64,000 nt of DNA from Anaeromyxobacteraceae bacterium (GCA_047602405.1 JASGHJ010000002.1:1088001-1152000); one strand, 5' to 3'; numbered from the stretch's first letter, positions 1 through 8,810 are shown. Translations and numbers: made by a program. The notes: generated by a model not told the origin, from the letters alone.

Positions 1-1728
1 GAGGAGGGGATCGGCCAGCCCGAGCGTGGTCCTCGAGAGGGCCAGCTCCTGGTGGGCAGCGGAGCGCGCCAGGAACGCCGCGAGCGCGTACGGCGAGCCT
101 GGAGGCGGGACGAGAATTGCCTCCAGGCCAGCGGGTGGGAGGGGCGGATAAGGGTACAGCCCGCTCTCGTCGGGCGCGAGGTATCCGCCCGGTGGGACCT
201 CGACCACGGTCTCGATGCCCGCGGGCAGCTCGACCCACCTGGCCGTGCCCTGGGCGTCGACGACCGTGACGGCGTGCGGGACGAGCGGTGCGAGCTCGCC
301 CCCGGGCGCGGTGAAGGTGAACGCGCGGGTGCTCCCCAGGCCCCACGAGGAGACGAGCGGGAGCCCCTTCACCGTCAGCTGTTCGCGGACCCGCTCCAGC
401 GTCGCGGCGTCGAGGTGGGGTGCGAACGCCTGGACGAGGTCCTCGCCCCGGGCGCTGCCGTCCGCGTGGGCGGCGAGGAAGGCGCGCCACGTGGACCAGA
501 AGGTGTCCTCGCCGAGGAGCACGCGCAGCTGCGAGAGGAGGTAGGCCGCGCGCCGGTACGGGCCGTTCCCGTACTTCTCGACCCCCCGCAGCGACGGGTC
601 GACGATCGCGTCGCCGGCCGCGAACCGGAACTCGCTCCCGAGGAATCGGCCGAGCCCGGCCCGGTCGCGCCCGGCCCGCTCTGCCTCGAAGCCGAGCAGC
701 GTCGCGAAGCCCTCCTTCACGAAGAGGTCGTCCGGCGTGCGGATCGTGACCCAGTCGCCCGCCCACTGGTGCGCGAGCTCGTGGGCGTGCAGCTGCTCCC
801 ACGGGTCCCCGGTCGCCCAGAGCTCGCCGATGAACGTGATCCCGACGTTCTCCATGCCCTGGCCGTAGGGTGGCGTCGGGACGAGCACGACGGCGTAGCT
901 TTTCCAGGGATAGGGCCCGAGGAGCCGCTCGATGCCGGTGAGCTGCGACTCCACGAGGTCGAGGTAGGCGTCCACGTCGAGGAGGAGGCCGCTGCGCCAC
1001 CAGAGCGCCACGGGGTACCGCTCGCCGGAGGGAGACGCGTGGGTGCGGACGCGGCGGTCGAGCGCACCCGCCGCGAAGGCCATCACGTAGGGCGGGATGG
1101 GCCGATCCATCGCGTAGCCGATCCGCCGGCCGCCCGACGAGACCGGCTCATCGAGCACCCGCTCGCCGTTCGCGACGAGGTCGACCCCGTCCGGCACCTC
1201 CAGGCTGAACGAGAAGCGCGCGCGATCCGCGGGCTCGTCGTTCTCGACCATCCAGGTGTGGCCGAGCCGAGGCTCGGAGGCGGTCATGACCAGGGCCGTC
1301 TTCAACGGGTCGCCGGCGCCGGCGCCCTCGCGCGTGAAGAGCAGGCCTCCGCCCGCCGCGGGGGCGACGTACTCGACCTCGAGCTGCACGGTGTCGCCGG
1401 CCTCGCCCGGGACCGGCACGGTCAGCGTCTGCGCCGGGGTGTCGCGGGTGAACGCGGTAACCTTGCCGGCCACCTTCACCGAGAGGACGACGGGGGGCAC
1501 GTCGAGCTCGAGGCTCGCCGCGGCACCCTCGCAGAGCCCCAGCGTGAGGGTCTCCTTCGCGGACAGCGCTCCGGTGGTCCAGTCGAGGCGCCCCGCGACG
1601 TCGTAGGCCAGCGCGTCGTAGGCGCGCGGGCCGGGCGTCGTGTACGCGCACTCCGCCGTGGGCCGGTGCTTCGAGCCGGGGCAGGCGGAGAGGAGGAGGG
1701 CGGAAGCGAGGCAGGCCGGAGCTCGCAT
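1..1728 (-). CDS. M1 family aminopeptidase, lipoprotein (3' end outside window)
   Basis: Manual translation of the minus strand from ATG 1728 gives MRAPACLASALLLSAC (lipobox), a GQGMEN (GAMEN-like) motif and HELAHQW...KEGFA (HEXXH+E). An AAGGAG SD lies upstream. It is absent from the ORF track because it runs off the edge. Confidence 0.85.
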   Translation of the reverse strand, partial: MRAPACLASALLLSACPGSKHRPTAECAYTTPGPRAYDALAYDVAGRLDWTTGALSAKETLTLGLCEGAAASLELDVPPVVLSVKVAGKVTAFTRDTPAQTLTVPVPGEAGDTVQLEVEYVAPAAGGGLLFTREGAGAGDPLKTALVMTASEPRLGHTWMVENDEPADRARFSFSLEVPDGVDLVANGERVLDEPVSSGGRRIGYAMDRPIPPYVMAFAAGALDRRVRTHASPSGERYPVALWWRSGLLLDVDAYLDLVESQLTGIERLLGPYPWKSYAVVLVPTPPYGQGMENVGITFIGELWATGDPWEQLHAHELAHQWAGDWVTIRTPDDLFVKEGFATLLGFEAERAGRDRAGLGRFLGSEFRFAAGDAIVDPSLRGVEKYGNGPYRRAAYLLSQLRVLLGEDTFWSTWRAFLAAHADGSARGEDLVQAFAPHLDAATLERVREQLTVKGLPLVSSWGLGSTRAFTFTAPGGELAPLVPHAVTVVDAQGTARWVELPAGIETVVEVPPGGYLAPDESGLYPYPPLPPAGLEAILVPPPGSPYALAAFLARSAAHQELALSRTTLGLADPLL

Positions 1729-1966
1729 GGGGCGCTCCTTCGCGAGGGAGGCGCCAGCATACGCGGCTGGCAGGCCTTCACGCGCGGTCCATGCAGCCAT
1801 CCGGCCCCGGGCTGCAGGCGCGGGCCGCCACGCCAAGTTCGCGCCACGGCCCGTGTCCCGCGCAGGTCCTTCGCTGCGACCGTCGGCCGCACGCTGCGTA
1901 CAGGGCCGTCCCCACGGCGGTTCTTCCGCGGCCTCCCGTGGCCCGCGATCTGCACTCCTCGCGATG

Positions 1967-1980
1967 TAGCGAACTCGCTA
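1967..1980. promoter_or_regulatory. Inverted repeat TAGCGA-ac-TCGCTA, probable ArsR operator
   Basis: Perfect 6-bp arms ending 7 nt before the arsR ATG. Confidence 0.45.
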
Positions 1981-1987
1981 GGTGACT

Positions 1988-2290
1988 ATGGCCAACGTCT
2001 CGATCCGGAACGATCCAGCCCGCGCGGAGCACGTCGCCACGGTGCTGCGCGCCATCGCGCACCCGCTCCGCGTGCGCATCGTCGCGACGCTCTGCCGCTC
2101 GGAGCTGCACGTCTCGGCGCTCGCCGAGGCGCTCGACGCTCCGCAGGCGATCGTCTCGCAGCAGCTCAAGATCCTGCGCGCGGAGCGGCTCGTCGAGGCC
2201 CGCCGCGAGGATGGGTTCGCCTACTACCGGATCGCGGAGCCTGCGCTCCGCGACCTCGTCTGCTGCATGGAGAAGTGCCGCGCCGCCTGA
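1988..2290 (+). CDS. ArsR/SmtB family repressor (possible BigR/SqrR-like sulfur sensor)
   Basis: LRAIAHPLRVRIV...VSQQLKILR...RREDGFAYYRI winged HTH; Cys in TLCRS and C-terminal CCMEKC. Confidence 0.85.
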   Translation: MANVSIRNDPARAEHVATVLRAIAHPLRVRIVATLCRSELHVSALAEALDAPQAIVSQQLKILRAERLVEARREDGFAYYRIAEPALRDLVCCMEKCRAA

Positions 2291-2312
2291 GGCGGCGAAG
2301 GGAGAGCGCAGC

Positions 2313-4631
2313 ATGGCCATCGGCCGCAGGCAGTTCATCCAGATCGGCGCCGGCGCCGCGGGCGTGGCGGGCGTCTCCGGGCTCTCGAGCCGCTGGTGGG
2401 GGCTCGACGGGGACCCCGTCCGCGACCCGGGCACCGAGGGCGATCACGTCGTCGCGACCTACTGCGAGCTCTGCTTCTGGGGCTGCGGGCAGCTCGCCCA
2501 CGTGAAGGACGGGCGCGTGACGAAGCTCGTCGGCAACCCGGCCCACCCGCTCTCGAACGGCGCGCTCTGCCCGCGCGGCGCGGGCGCGACCGGGCTCCTC
2601 TACGACCCCGATCGCCTGAAGAAGCCGCTCGTCCGCCGCGCCATGCGCGGCGAGGACGTGTTCGAGGAGGTCTCCTGGGACGCCGCGCTCAACGAGGTCT
2701 CCGAGCGCCTCCTCCAGGTGGCGAAGCGGCACGGCCCCGAGGCGGTCGCCCTCTTCACGCACGGCTCGGGTGGCGTGTGGTGGAAGACGTTCATGAAGGC
2801 CTGGGGGTCGCCCAACATCGGCGCCCCGTCCTACGCGCAGTGCCGCGGCCCGCGCGAGGCCGCCTTCACGGTGACCTTCGGCACGCCGCTCGGCTCGCCG
2901 GAGCCGCTCGACCTCGCGAACGCGCGGTGCATCACGCTCATCGGGTCGCACCTCGGCGAGAACATGCACAACACCCAGGTGCAGGAACTCGCCCAGGCCG
3001 TGGGCCGGGGCGCCGCCCTCGTGGTGGTGGACCCCCGCTTCAGCGTCGCGGCCTCGAAGGCGAAGCACTGGCTCCCGGTGAAGCCGGGCACCGACATCGC
3101 GCTCCTCCTCGCGTGGATGAACGTGCTCATCACCGAGAAGCTCTACGACGCCGAGTGGGTGAAGGAGCACGCGGTCGGCTTCGAGCAGCTCGCCGAGCAC
3201 GTGGCCGACAAGACACCGGAGTGGGCCCACCCGATCACGGGCCTCAGGCCCGAGCTCATCCGCGCCTCCGCCCGGACCCTCGGCGGCGCGCGGCCCGCGT
3301 CGCTGATCCATCCCGGCCGCCACACGGTCTGGTACGGCGACGACACGCAGCGCGGCCGCGCGATGGCGATCCTCGCCGCGCTGCTCGGCTCGTGGGGCCG
3401 CCGCGGCGGCTACGTCGCGACGGAGAAGTTCCCGCTCGCGCCGTACCCGCTGCCGGAGGGGCTGCCCCACCTCGTTTCCGGGGGGCTCGGCGCCCCCCGC
3501 CCCGCCGAGCAAGGCTCGTCGGGGCCCCACCCCGGCAGCACCGCGGCTGGCTGGACGCCGCGCCCGAAGGCCGACCTCCCGAAGGCGGGCGGCTACCCGC
3601 TCGCGACCGAGATCATCGCCTCCGGCCTCTGCGACGCGACCCGCCCCGGGCACGCGCTCTACGACCTCAAGGCCTGGATCGTCTACGGCTGCAACCTCGT
3701 CCAGGCCATGCCGGACCGCAAGCAACTCATCGAGACCATGCAGCACCTCGACTTCCTCGTCGCCGTCGACGTGCTGCCCTCCGAGATCGCCGGCTTCGCC
3801 GACGTGGTGCTGCCCGAGACCACCTACCTCGAGCGGCACGACGACCTCTCGGCGCCCGCCTGGAAGCGCCCGTTCGTGGCGCTCCGCCAGCCGGTGGTCG
3901 AGCCGATGTACGACGCGAAGCCGGGCTGGTGGATTGCGAAGGAGCTCGCGACCCGCACCGGGCTCGGCGCGTGGTTCCCGTGGAAGGACGCCGGCGAGTA
4001 CCTCGAGAAGCGGGTCACGGCGAAGGGGCTCGACTGGGAGAAGCTCCGGAAGGACGGCGTCCTCCTCGGCGCGCCCATCGCGACCTGCGAGGAGGAGGGG
4101 CTCCCGGTCTCGATCCCGACCGAGGACGGCAAGGCCCAGCTCTGGTCGAAGGAGCTCGCCGCGTTCGGCTTCGATCCGGTGCCGCAGTACGTGCCGCAGG
4201 AGGAGGCCCCGCAGGGCATGTTCCGCCTCCTCTCCGGGCGCGCGCCGACCCACACCTTCGGCCGCACGGTGAACAACCGGCTCCTCGCCGAGCCGTTCCC
4301 GGAGAACGAGGTCTGGATCAACGCCGCCGTGGCGGCGTCGCTGCCCGGCTTCGAGGAGAAGCCGCTCCGGGACGGCGACCGGGTGGTGCTCGTGAACCAG
4401 GACGGCATCCGATCGACGCCGGTCCGCGCGAAGGTCACCGAGCGCATCCGCGGCGACTGCGTGTTCATGGTCCACGGCTGGGGCCAGACCGCCAGGAAGC
4501 TCCGCTACGCCCACGGCAGGGGCGCCTCCGACTCGGCGCTGACGAGCCGCTACAAGGTGGACCCGATCATGGGCGGGACCGGGATGAGCGTGAACTTCGT
4601 GCGCCTCGAGCGCGCCGCCGAGGTGGCCTGA
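2313..4631 (+). CDS. psrA: Polysulfide/thiosulfate reductase catalytic molybdopterin subunit (PsrA/PhsA-like)
   Basis: Tat motif GRRQFI; CELCFWGC...LCPRG Fe-S motif; APSYAQCRGPRE with Cys as the likely Mo ligand; PGTDIA; DVVLPETTYLER. Confidence 0.8.
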   Translation: MAIGRRQFIQIGAGAAGVAGVSGLSSRWWGLDGDPVRDPGTEGDHVVATYCELCFWGCGQLAHVKDGRVTKLVGNPAHPLSNGALCPRGAGATGLLYDPDRLKKPLVRRAMRGEDVFEEVSWDAALNEVSERLLQVAKRHGPEAVALFTHGSGGVWWKTFMKAWGSPNIGAPSYAQCRGPREAAFTVTFGTPLGSPEPLDLANARCITLIGSHLGENMHNTQVQELAQAVGRGAALVVVDPRFSVAASKAKHWLPVKPGTDIALLLAWMNVLITEKLYDAEWVKEHAVGFEQLAEHVADKTPEWAHPITGLRPELIRASARTLGGARPASLIHPGRHTVWYGDDTQRGRAMAILAALLGSWGRRGGYVATEKFPLAPYPLPEGLPHLVSGGLGAPRPAEQGSSGPHPGSTAAGWTPRPKADLPKAGGYPLATEIIASGLCDATRPGHALYDLKAWIVYGCNLVQAMPDRKQLIETMQHLDFLVAVDVLPSEIAGFADVVLPETTYLERHDDLSAPAWKRPFVALRQPVVEPMYDAKPGWWIAKELATRTGLGAWFPWKDAGEYLEKRVTAKGLDWEKLRKDGVLLGAPIATCEEEGLPVSIPTEDGKAQLWSKELAAFGFDPVPQYVPQEEAPQGMFRLLSGRAPTHTFGRTVNNRLLAEPFPENEVWINAAVAASLPGFEEKPLRDGDRVVLVNQDGIRSTPVRAKVTERIRGDCVFMVHGWGQTARKLRYAHGRGASDSALTSRYKVDPIMGGTGMSVNFVRLERAAEVA
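3464..3555. repeat. Palindromic element apparently inserted in frame in psrA
   Basis: Two hairpins (GGGGGGC-tcggc-GCCCCCC; CCCCGCCGAGC-aag-GCTCGTCGGGG) and a repeated GCCCCAC at 3464 and 3524; encodes a low-complexity G/P/S peptide. Confidence 0.5.
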
Positions 4632-4633
4632 CC

Positions 4634-5182
4634 ATGGCGAAGGATCTCAAGCGGTACGGCATGGCGGTCGACACCCGGCGCTGCGTCGGGTGCAACGCCT
4701 GCGTCATCTCCTGCAAGACCGAGAACGCGCTCCCCGAGGGCGGCTTCCGCGACTGGGTCGTGCAGGAGACCTGGGGGACCTTCCCGGAGCTCTCGATGCA
4801 GATCCGCTCCGAGCGCTGCAACCACTGCTCGGACACGCCCTGCGTCTCGGCCTGCCCGACCGGCGCGAGCCACGTGGGGGAGGGCGGCACCGTCCTCGTG
4901 AACCCCGCGAAGTGCACGGGCTGCAAGGCCTGCATGGCCTCCTGCCCGTACGGCGCCCGCTACGTCCACCCCGACGGCCACGTCGACAAGTGCACCTTCT
5001 GCCTGCACCGCGTGACGAAGGGGAAGGATCCCGCCTGCGTCGAGACCTGCCCGACCCGCGCGCTCACCTTCGGCGACCTCGCCGATCGGGAGAGCCCGGT
5101 CGCGAGGCTCCTCGCCGCGCGCCGCCACGAGGTGGTGAAGCCCGAGGCCGGCACGAAGCCCAACGTCTTCTTCCTCGTATGA
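4634..5182 (+). CDS. psrB: 4x[4Fe-4S] electron-transfer subunit (PsrB/NrfC-like)
   Basis: CVGCNACVISC, CNHCSDTPCVSACP, CTGCKACMASCP, KCTFC...PACVETCP. Confidence 0.9.
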   Translation: MAKDLKRYGMAVDTRRCVGCNACVISCKTENALPEGGFRDWVVQETWGTFPELSMQIRSERCNHCSDTPCVSACPTGASHVGEGGTVLVNPAKCTGCKACMASCPYGARYVHPDGHVDKCTFCLHRVTKGKDPACVETCPTRALTFGDLADRESPVARLLAARRHEVVKPEAGTKPNVFFLV

Positions 5183-5751
5183 GCGAGGTCGTGATGGAAT
5201 CGACGAACTCCGTTGGCCCCGAGCCTCAGGGTGCCGTTCGCCCCGAGCCTGTCGAGCGGCCCTTCTGGAACCCCTATCTCGGCGGCGCCGCGCTCGGCCT
5301 CGTGCTCCTCACCGCGTACATGGTGATGGGCAAGGGCCTGGGCGCCTCCGGCGCCTCCTTCCGCCTCGGCGTCGCCGCCGTCTCGGTGTTCGCGCCGGGG
5401 CATGCCGCCACCGCGCCGGGCCTGAGGTCGGTGGCGGCCGCGCCCTTCGACGACTGGCTCGTCTTCGAGGTGCTCGGCGTCGTCCTCGGCGGCCTCGTGG
5501 GCGCGTACACCTCGGGGCGCCTCAGGCTCGAGGTGCTGCGCGGCCCGGCGATCTCCGTGGGCGCGCGCCTCGCGATGGCGCTCGGCGGCGGCCTCCTGAT
5601 GGGCTTCGCGGCGAAGCTCGCGCGCGGCTGCACCTCCGGCCAGGCGCTCTCCGGCGGCGCGATGCTCTCGGCGGGCTCCTGGGCCTTCATGATGATGGTC
5701 TTCGCGGGCGGCTACGCCTTCGCGTGGACGGTGAGGAGGGCCTGGCGATGA
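5179..5751 (+). CDS. YeeE/YedE family sulfur-compound transporter (N-type half)
   Basis: WNPYLGG, GLGASG, GFAAKLARGCTSGQALSG motifs; ATGA overlap with psrB; alternative start at 5194. Confidence 0.85.
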   Translation: MSEVVMESTNSVGPEPQGAVRPEPVERPFWNPYLGGAALGLVLLTAYMVMGKGLGASGASFRLGVAAVSVFAPGHAATAPGLRSVAAAPFDDWLVFEVLGVVLGGLVGAYTSGRLRLEVLRGPAISVGARLAMALGGGLLMGFAAKLARGCTSGQALSGGAMLSAGSWAFMMMVFAGGYAFAWTVRRAWR

Positions 5752-6947
5752 CGTTCCCCTTCGACGTCCTCGTGCACGGGGGCCGGGAGCTCGGCCTCGT
5801 CGTCGCCGTCGCGATCGGCTTCGGCTTCGGGTTCGTGCTCGAGCGCTCCGGCTTCGGCCGCGCGCAGAAGCTCGTGGCGCAGTTCTTCGGCGACGACATG
5901 ACCGTGTTCAAGGTCATGTTCGGCGCCATCGTCACCGCGATGCTCGGGGCGGTGGTGCTCTCCGGCCTCGGCCTCGCCGACCTCAGGGCCATCGCCGACA
6001 GCGCGACCAGCGCGACCTGGCTGTGGCCCATGATCGCCGGCGGGTTCCTCCTCGGCGTGGGCTTCATCGTCTCCGGCTACTGCCCGGGGACCTCGGTCGT
6101 GGCCGCCGCCTCCGGCAAGCTCGACGGCCTCGCCACGGTGGTCGGCGTCGTCGCCGGCACCGTCGTCTACGGCGAGCTCATGGCGTGGGCGCCCTTCGCG
6201 GCGTTCAGCGACTCCGGCTACCTCGGCCACGTCTACCTGTACGAGCTCCTCCACCTGCCGCCCGCTGTGGTGGCGCTCTTCGTCGCCGCGATGGCGGTGG
6301 CCTGCTTCGTCGGCGCGGAGAAGCTCGAGGCGATCTTCTCGAAGGGGGCGGCCTCGTCTCCGTCGGGTCCGAGGCGCCTCGTGTTCGCCGGCTTCGGCGC
6401 CGTAGCCCTCGCGGGCGTCGCCACGCTCGCGCTGCCCTCGGCCACCGCGGCCGTCGCCGCGCCCGCCCGCATCGACCCCGAGGCGCTCGCGCACCGGGTG
6501 GTCGAGGCGCCCTGGAACGTGCGCGTGCTCGACCTCCGCGCCGCGGAGGCCTGTGGCCAGGCCCGCGTCCCCGGCGCCGAGTGCGCGCCGGCCGCGAGCC
6601 TCGCAGAGCTCGACCTCGGCTTCGCCCCGGCCTCGCGCGACCTCGTCCTCGTCGCGGACGGCGACCTCGCCGAGGTCCCCGCCGCGGCGCGCGCCTACCG
6701 CGGCCGCGTGCTCGTCCTCGAGGGCGGCTGGGAGGCCTGGAAGACCTGGGCCCTCGACCGCGAGGACGCCGTGCAGTCGATGCCGGCCCCGGGCGCGCCC
6801 GCCGCCGACGTCGCCGCCTACCGGTTCCGCAACGCGGTCAACGCCGCCCTCACCGGCGTGAAGGTCGCGCCGCCCCCCGCGCCGGCCGCCGGCGGCGGGA
6901 TGCCCGCCCCGAAGCGCAAGGCCTCGGGCGGCGGCTGCAGCGGCTAG
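5748..6947 (+). CDS. YeeE/YedE protein fused to a rhodanese-like domain and a Cys-tipped C-terminal tail
   Basis: GFGFGFVLERSGF, GYCPGT; then VRVLDLR...ARVPGA...VLEGGWEAW (rhodanese fold); ends PPPAPAAGGGMPAPKRKASGGGCSG. Confidence 0.8.
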   Translation: MTFPFDVLVHGGRELGLVVAVAIGFGFGFVLERSGFGRAQKLVAQFFGDDMTVFKVMFGAIVTAMLGAVVLSGLGLADLRAIADSATSATWLWPMIAGGFLLGVGFIVSGYCPGTSVVAAASGKLDGLATVVGVVAGTVVYGELMAWAPFAAFSDSGYLGHVYLYELLHLPPAVVALFVAAMAVACFVGAEKLEAIFSKGAASSPSGPRRLVFAGFGAVALAGVATLALPSATAAVAAPARIDPEALAHRVVEAPWNVRVLDLRAAEACGQARVPGAECAPAASLAELDLGFAPASRDLVLVADGDLAEVPAAARAYRGRVLVLEGGWEAWKTWALDREDAVQSMPAPGAPAADVAAYRFRNAVNAALTGVKVAPPPAPAAGGGMPAPKRKASGGGCSG

Positions 6948-6963
6948 CCCCGGGAGACACGCC

Positions 6964-7893
6964 ATGCACGAGCTCGACACCTCTCGCCACAGCCACCTCG
7001 TCGATCCCCAGCTCCACGTGTGGGGCTGGGAAATCCCGGTCTACCTCTTCCTCGGCGGCATGGCCGCGGGGCTGATGATCACGACCTCTCTCCTCGCCGG
7101 CCGCGAGGGCGAGCGCAGCCGGGCCGCCCGCTGGCTCGGGCTCGCCGCGCCGGTGCTCGTCTCCCTCGGGATGGGCGCGCTGTTCCTGGACCTCGCGAAC
7201 CGCCTCCACGCCTACCGCTTCTACCTCGCGCTGCGGCCCACGAGCCCGATGAGCTGGGGCGCGTGGATCCTGCTCGTCGTCTACCCGGTGACGCTCCTCG
7301 GCGGCATCGGCGGGCTGACCGGCGCAGACGCGGCGCTCCTCGCGGCGCGGGCGGGGCCGCTCGGCGGCGCGGTGCGGTGGGCGCGGGCCTTCGCCGCGCC
7401 TCGTGCCGCGGCGCTCCGGGCCTGGACGCTCTGGACCGGCGTCGCGCTCGGCGTCTACACCGGGATCCTGCTCTCGTCCCTCGGCGCGCGGGCGCTCTGG
7501 GCCTCGCCGCTCCTCGGTCCGCTCTTCCTCGCCTCCGGCGTCTCCACCGGCGCGGCCTTCATGCTGCTCTTCGGCCTCGACGCCGGCGAGCGGCACGCGG
7601 TCTCGCGCTGGCACCTCGCCGCGGTGGGCCTCGAGGTGGCGCTCCTCGCGCTCTTCCTCGTGGGGCTCCTCGCCGGCGGCCAGGCGAGCCGCGACGCGGC
7701 GCAGCTCCTGCTGGGTGGCAGGTTCACCGCGGCGTTCTGGGCGCTCGTCGTGATCGCGGGCCTCGGGGTCCCGGTGGCGCTCGAGCTCGGGGAGGCGCGG
7801 CTGCGCCTGCGCCCCACGCTCGCCGCGCCCGCGCTCGTGCTCCTCGGCGGGCTCTCGCTGCGCTGGATCCTGGTGGCCGCAGGGCAGCTGTGA
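6964..7893 (+). CDS. psrC: Polysulfide reductase membrane anchor (NrfD/PsrC family)
   Basis: WGWEIPVYLFLGG, SPMSWGAWIL, YTGILL, LRW motifs; about 8 TM segments. Confidence 0.9.
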   Translation: MHELDTSRHSHLVDPQLHVWGWEIPVYLFLGGMAAGLMITTSLLAGREGERSRAARWLGLAAPVLVSLGMGALFLDLANRLHAYRFYLALRPTSPMSWGAWILLVVYPVTLLGGIGGLTGADAALLAARAGPLGGAVRWARAFAAPRAAALRAWTLWTGVALGVYTGILLSSLGARALWASPLLGPLFLASGVSTGAAFMLLFGLDAGERHAVSRWHLAAVGLEVALLALFLVGLLAGGQASRDAAQLLLGGRFTAAFWALVVIAGLGVPVALELGEARLRLRPTLAAPALVLLGGLSLRWILVAAGQL

Positions 7894-7924
7894 GCCTCGA
7901 CGGTGGGCCGCTCGCCCGGCGGGC

Positions 7925-8560
7925 TCAGCCCCGGAGGAAGCGCCAGAGCGCTCCCGCCGACGGCGCCACGCGGAAGAGCGCCCAGAGCACCCGGCGCCGC
8001 GCGCGGCCCCGGCCCGCGGGGCGCACGCGCTCGAGCAGCAGGCGCGCCGCGTCGCGCTCGCCGCGCCGCGCGTAGACCGGGGCGAGCGCGAGCGCGCCCT
8101 CGAGGTGCCGCGGCTCCTCCCGGAGCGCGCGCTCGAGGAGCGACACGCCGGCGTCCTGCCGCCCGGCCCTCAGCTGCGCCCGGCCGCCGGCCACGAGCCC
8201 GTTCACCGCGTCCTGCCGGCGCCCCCGCAGGAGCTCCAGGCGCGCGAGCTCGAGCCGGAAGCCCGCGTCGAGCGGGAGCGCGCGCACCGCCGCGGCGTTG
8301 ACCGCCACGGCACGGTCGGTGAACCCGGCCTCGAGGTGGCGCTGGGCCGCCACGCGGAACGAGCGCGCCGCGCCGTCGCCGTCGCCCATGCGCGCGAGCA
8401 CGGGGCCGAGCTTCACGTGCACGGCGGGATCGGTGTCGTCGGCGCCGAGCGCCTCGCGGTAGCCCGAGACCGCGGCGTCGAGGCGGCCCTTCACGCGCGC
8501 CCGGTCGGCGGCGGCGATGAGCTCGGCCCGGGTGCGCGGGCGGCGGCGGAAAGGCCACAT
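7925..8560 (-). CDS. Tetratricopeptide-repeat-like protein
   Basis: C-terminal part of the long antisense ORF from ATG 8560 (MWPFRRRP...); TPR-like helices AVSGYREAL, VSLLERALREEP. Confidence 0.65.
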   Translation of the reverse strand: MWPFRRRPRTRAELIAAADRARVKGRLDAAVSGYREALGADDTDPAVHVKLGPVLARMGDGDGAARSFRVAAQRHLEAGFTDRAVAVNAAAVRALPLDAGFRLELARLELLRGRRQDAVNGLVAGGRAQLRAGRQDAGVSLLERALREEPRHLEGALALAPVYARRGERDAARLLLERVRPAGRGRARRRVLWALFRVAPSAGALWRFLRG

Positions 8561-8696
8561 GGCGAGGTGGAATTTCGCACGTGCTTCCAGGGGTTTTGGG
8601 TCCCGGATGGGCTCCGTGAAAGAAGCCGGGGCGAGGGCCGTATGCGGTGATGTGCGGCGCAACGGAGCGCCCCCGAGCCTGAAAGGGAACACCGCC

Positions 8697-8810
8697 ATGA
8701 TGCAGGGAATCCTGAACCGGATGGACGAGCGGCAGCAGGGCTTCATCGGCTTCTTCGCGGTCGTCTCCATGCTGAACGCGTACGCGATCGCGCAGCTCAT
8801 GCTCATGTAG
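8697..8810 (+). CDS. 37-aa small membrane protein
   Basis: MMQGILNRMDERQQGFIGFFAVVSMLNAYAIAQLMLM; AAAGGGA SD-like site; GC3-rich codons; one hydrophobic segment. Confidence 0.6.
   Translation: MMQGILNRMDERQQGFIGFFAVVSMLNAYAIAQLMLM

Noticed and set aside
52..2505. 817-aa plus-strand ORF and other very long ORFs (7925-13549 minus, 13563-16763 minus, 33174-37514 plus, 59061-62999 plus)
   Set aside because: These are antisense or off-frame shadows of real genes, typical of high-GC DNA, with Arg/Gly/Pro-rich sequence and no motifs. Only 7925-8560 of the second ORF looks real.
2313..7893. Selenocysteine read-through in the sulfur operon
   Set aside because: The proteins appear complete with Cys at key sites, and the YeeE tail ends in TAG, not TGA
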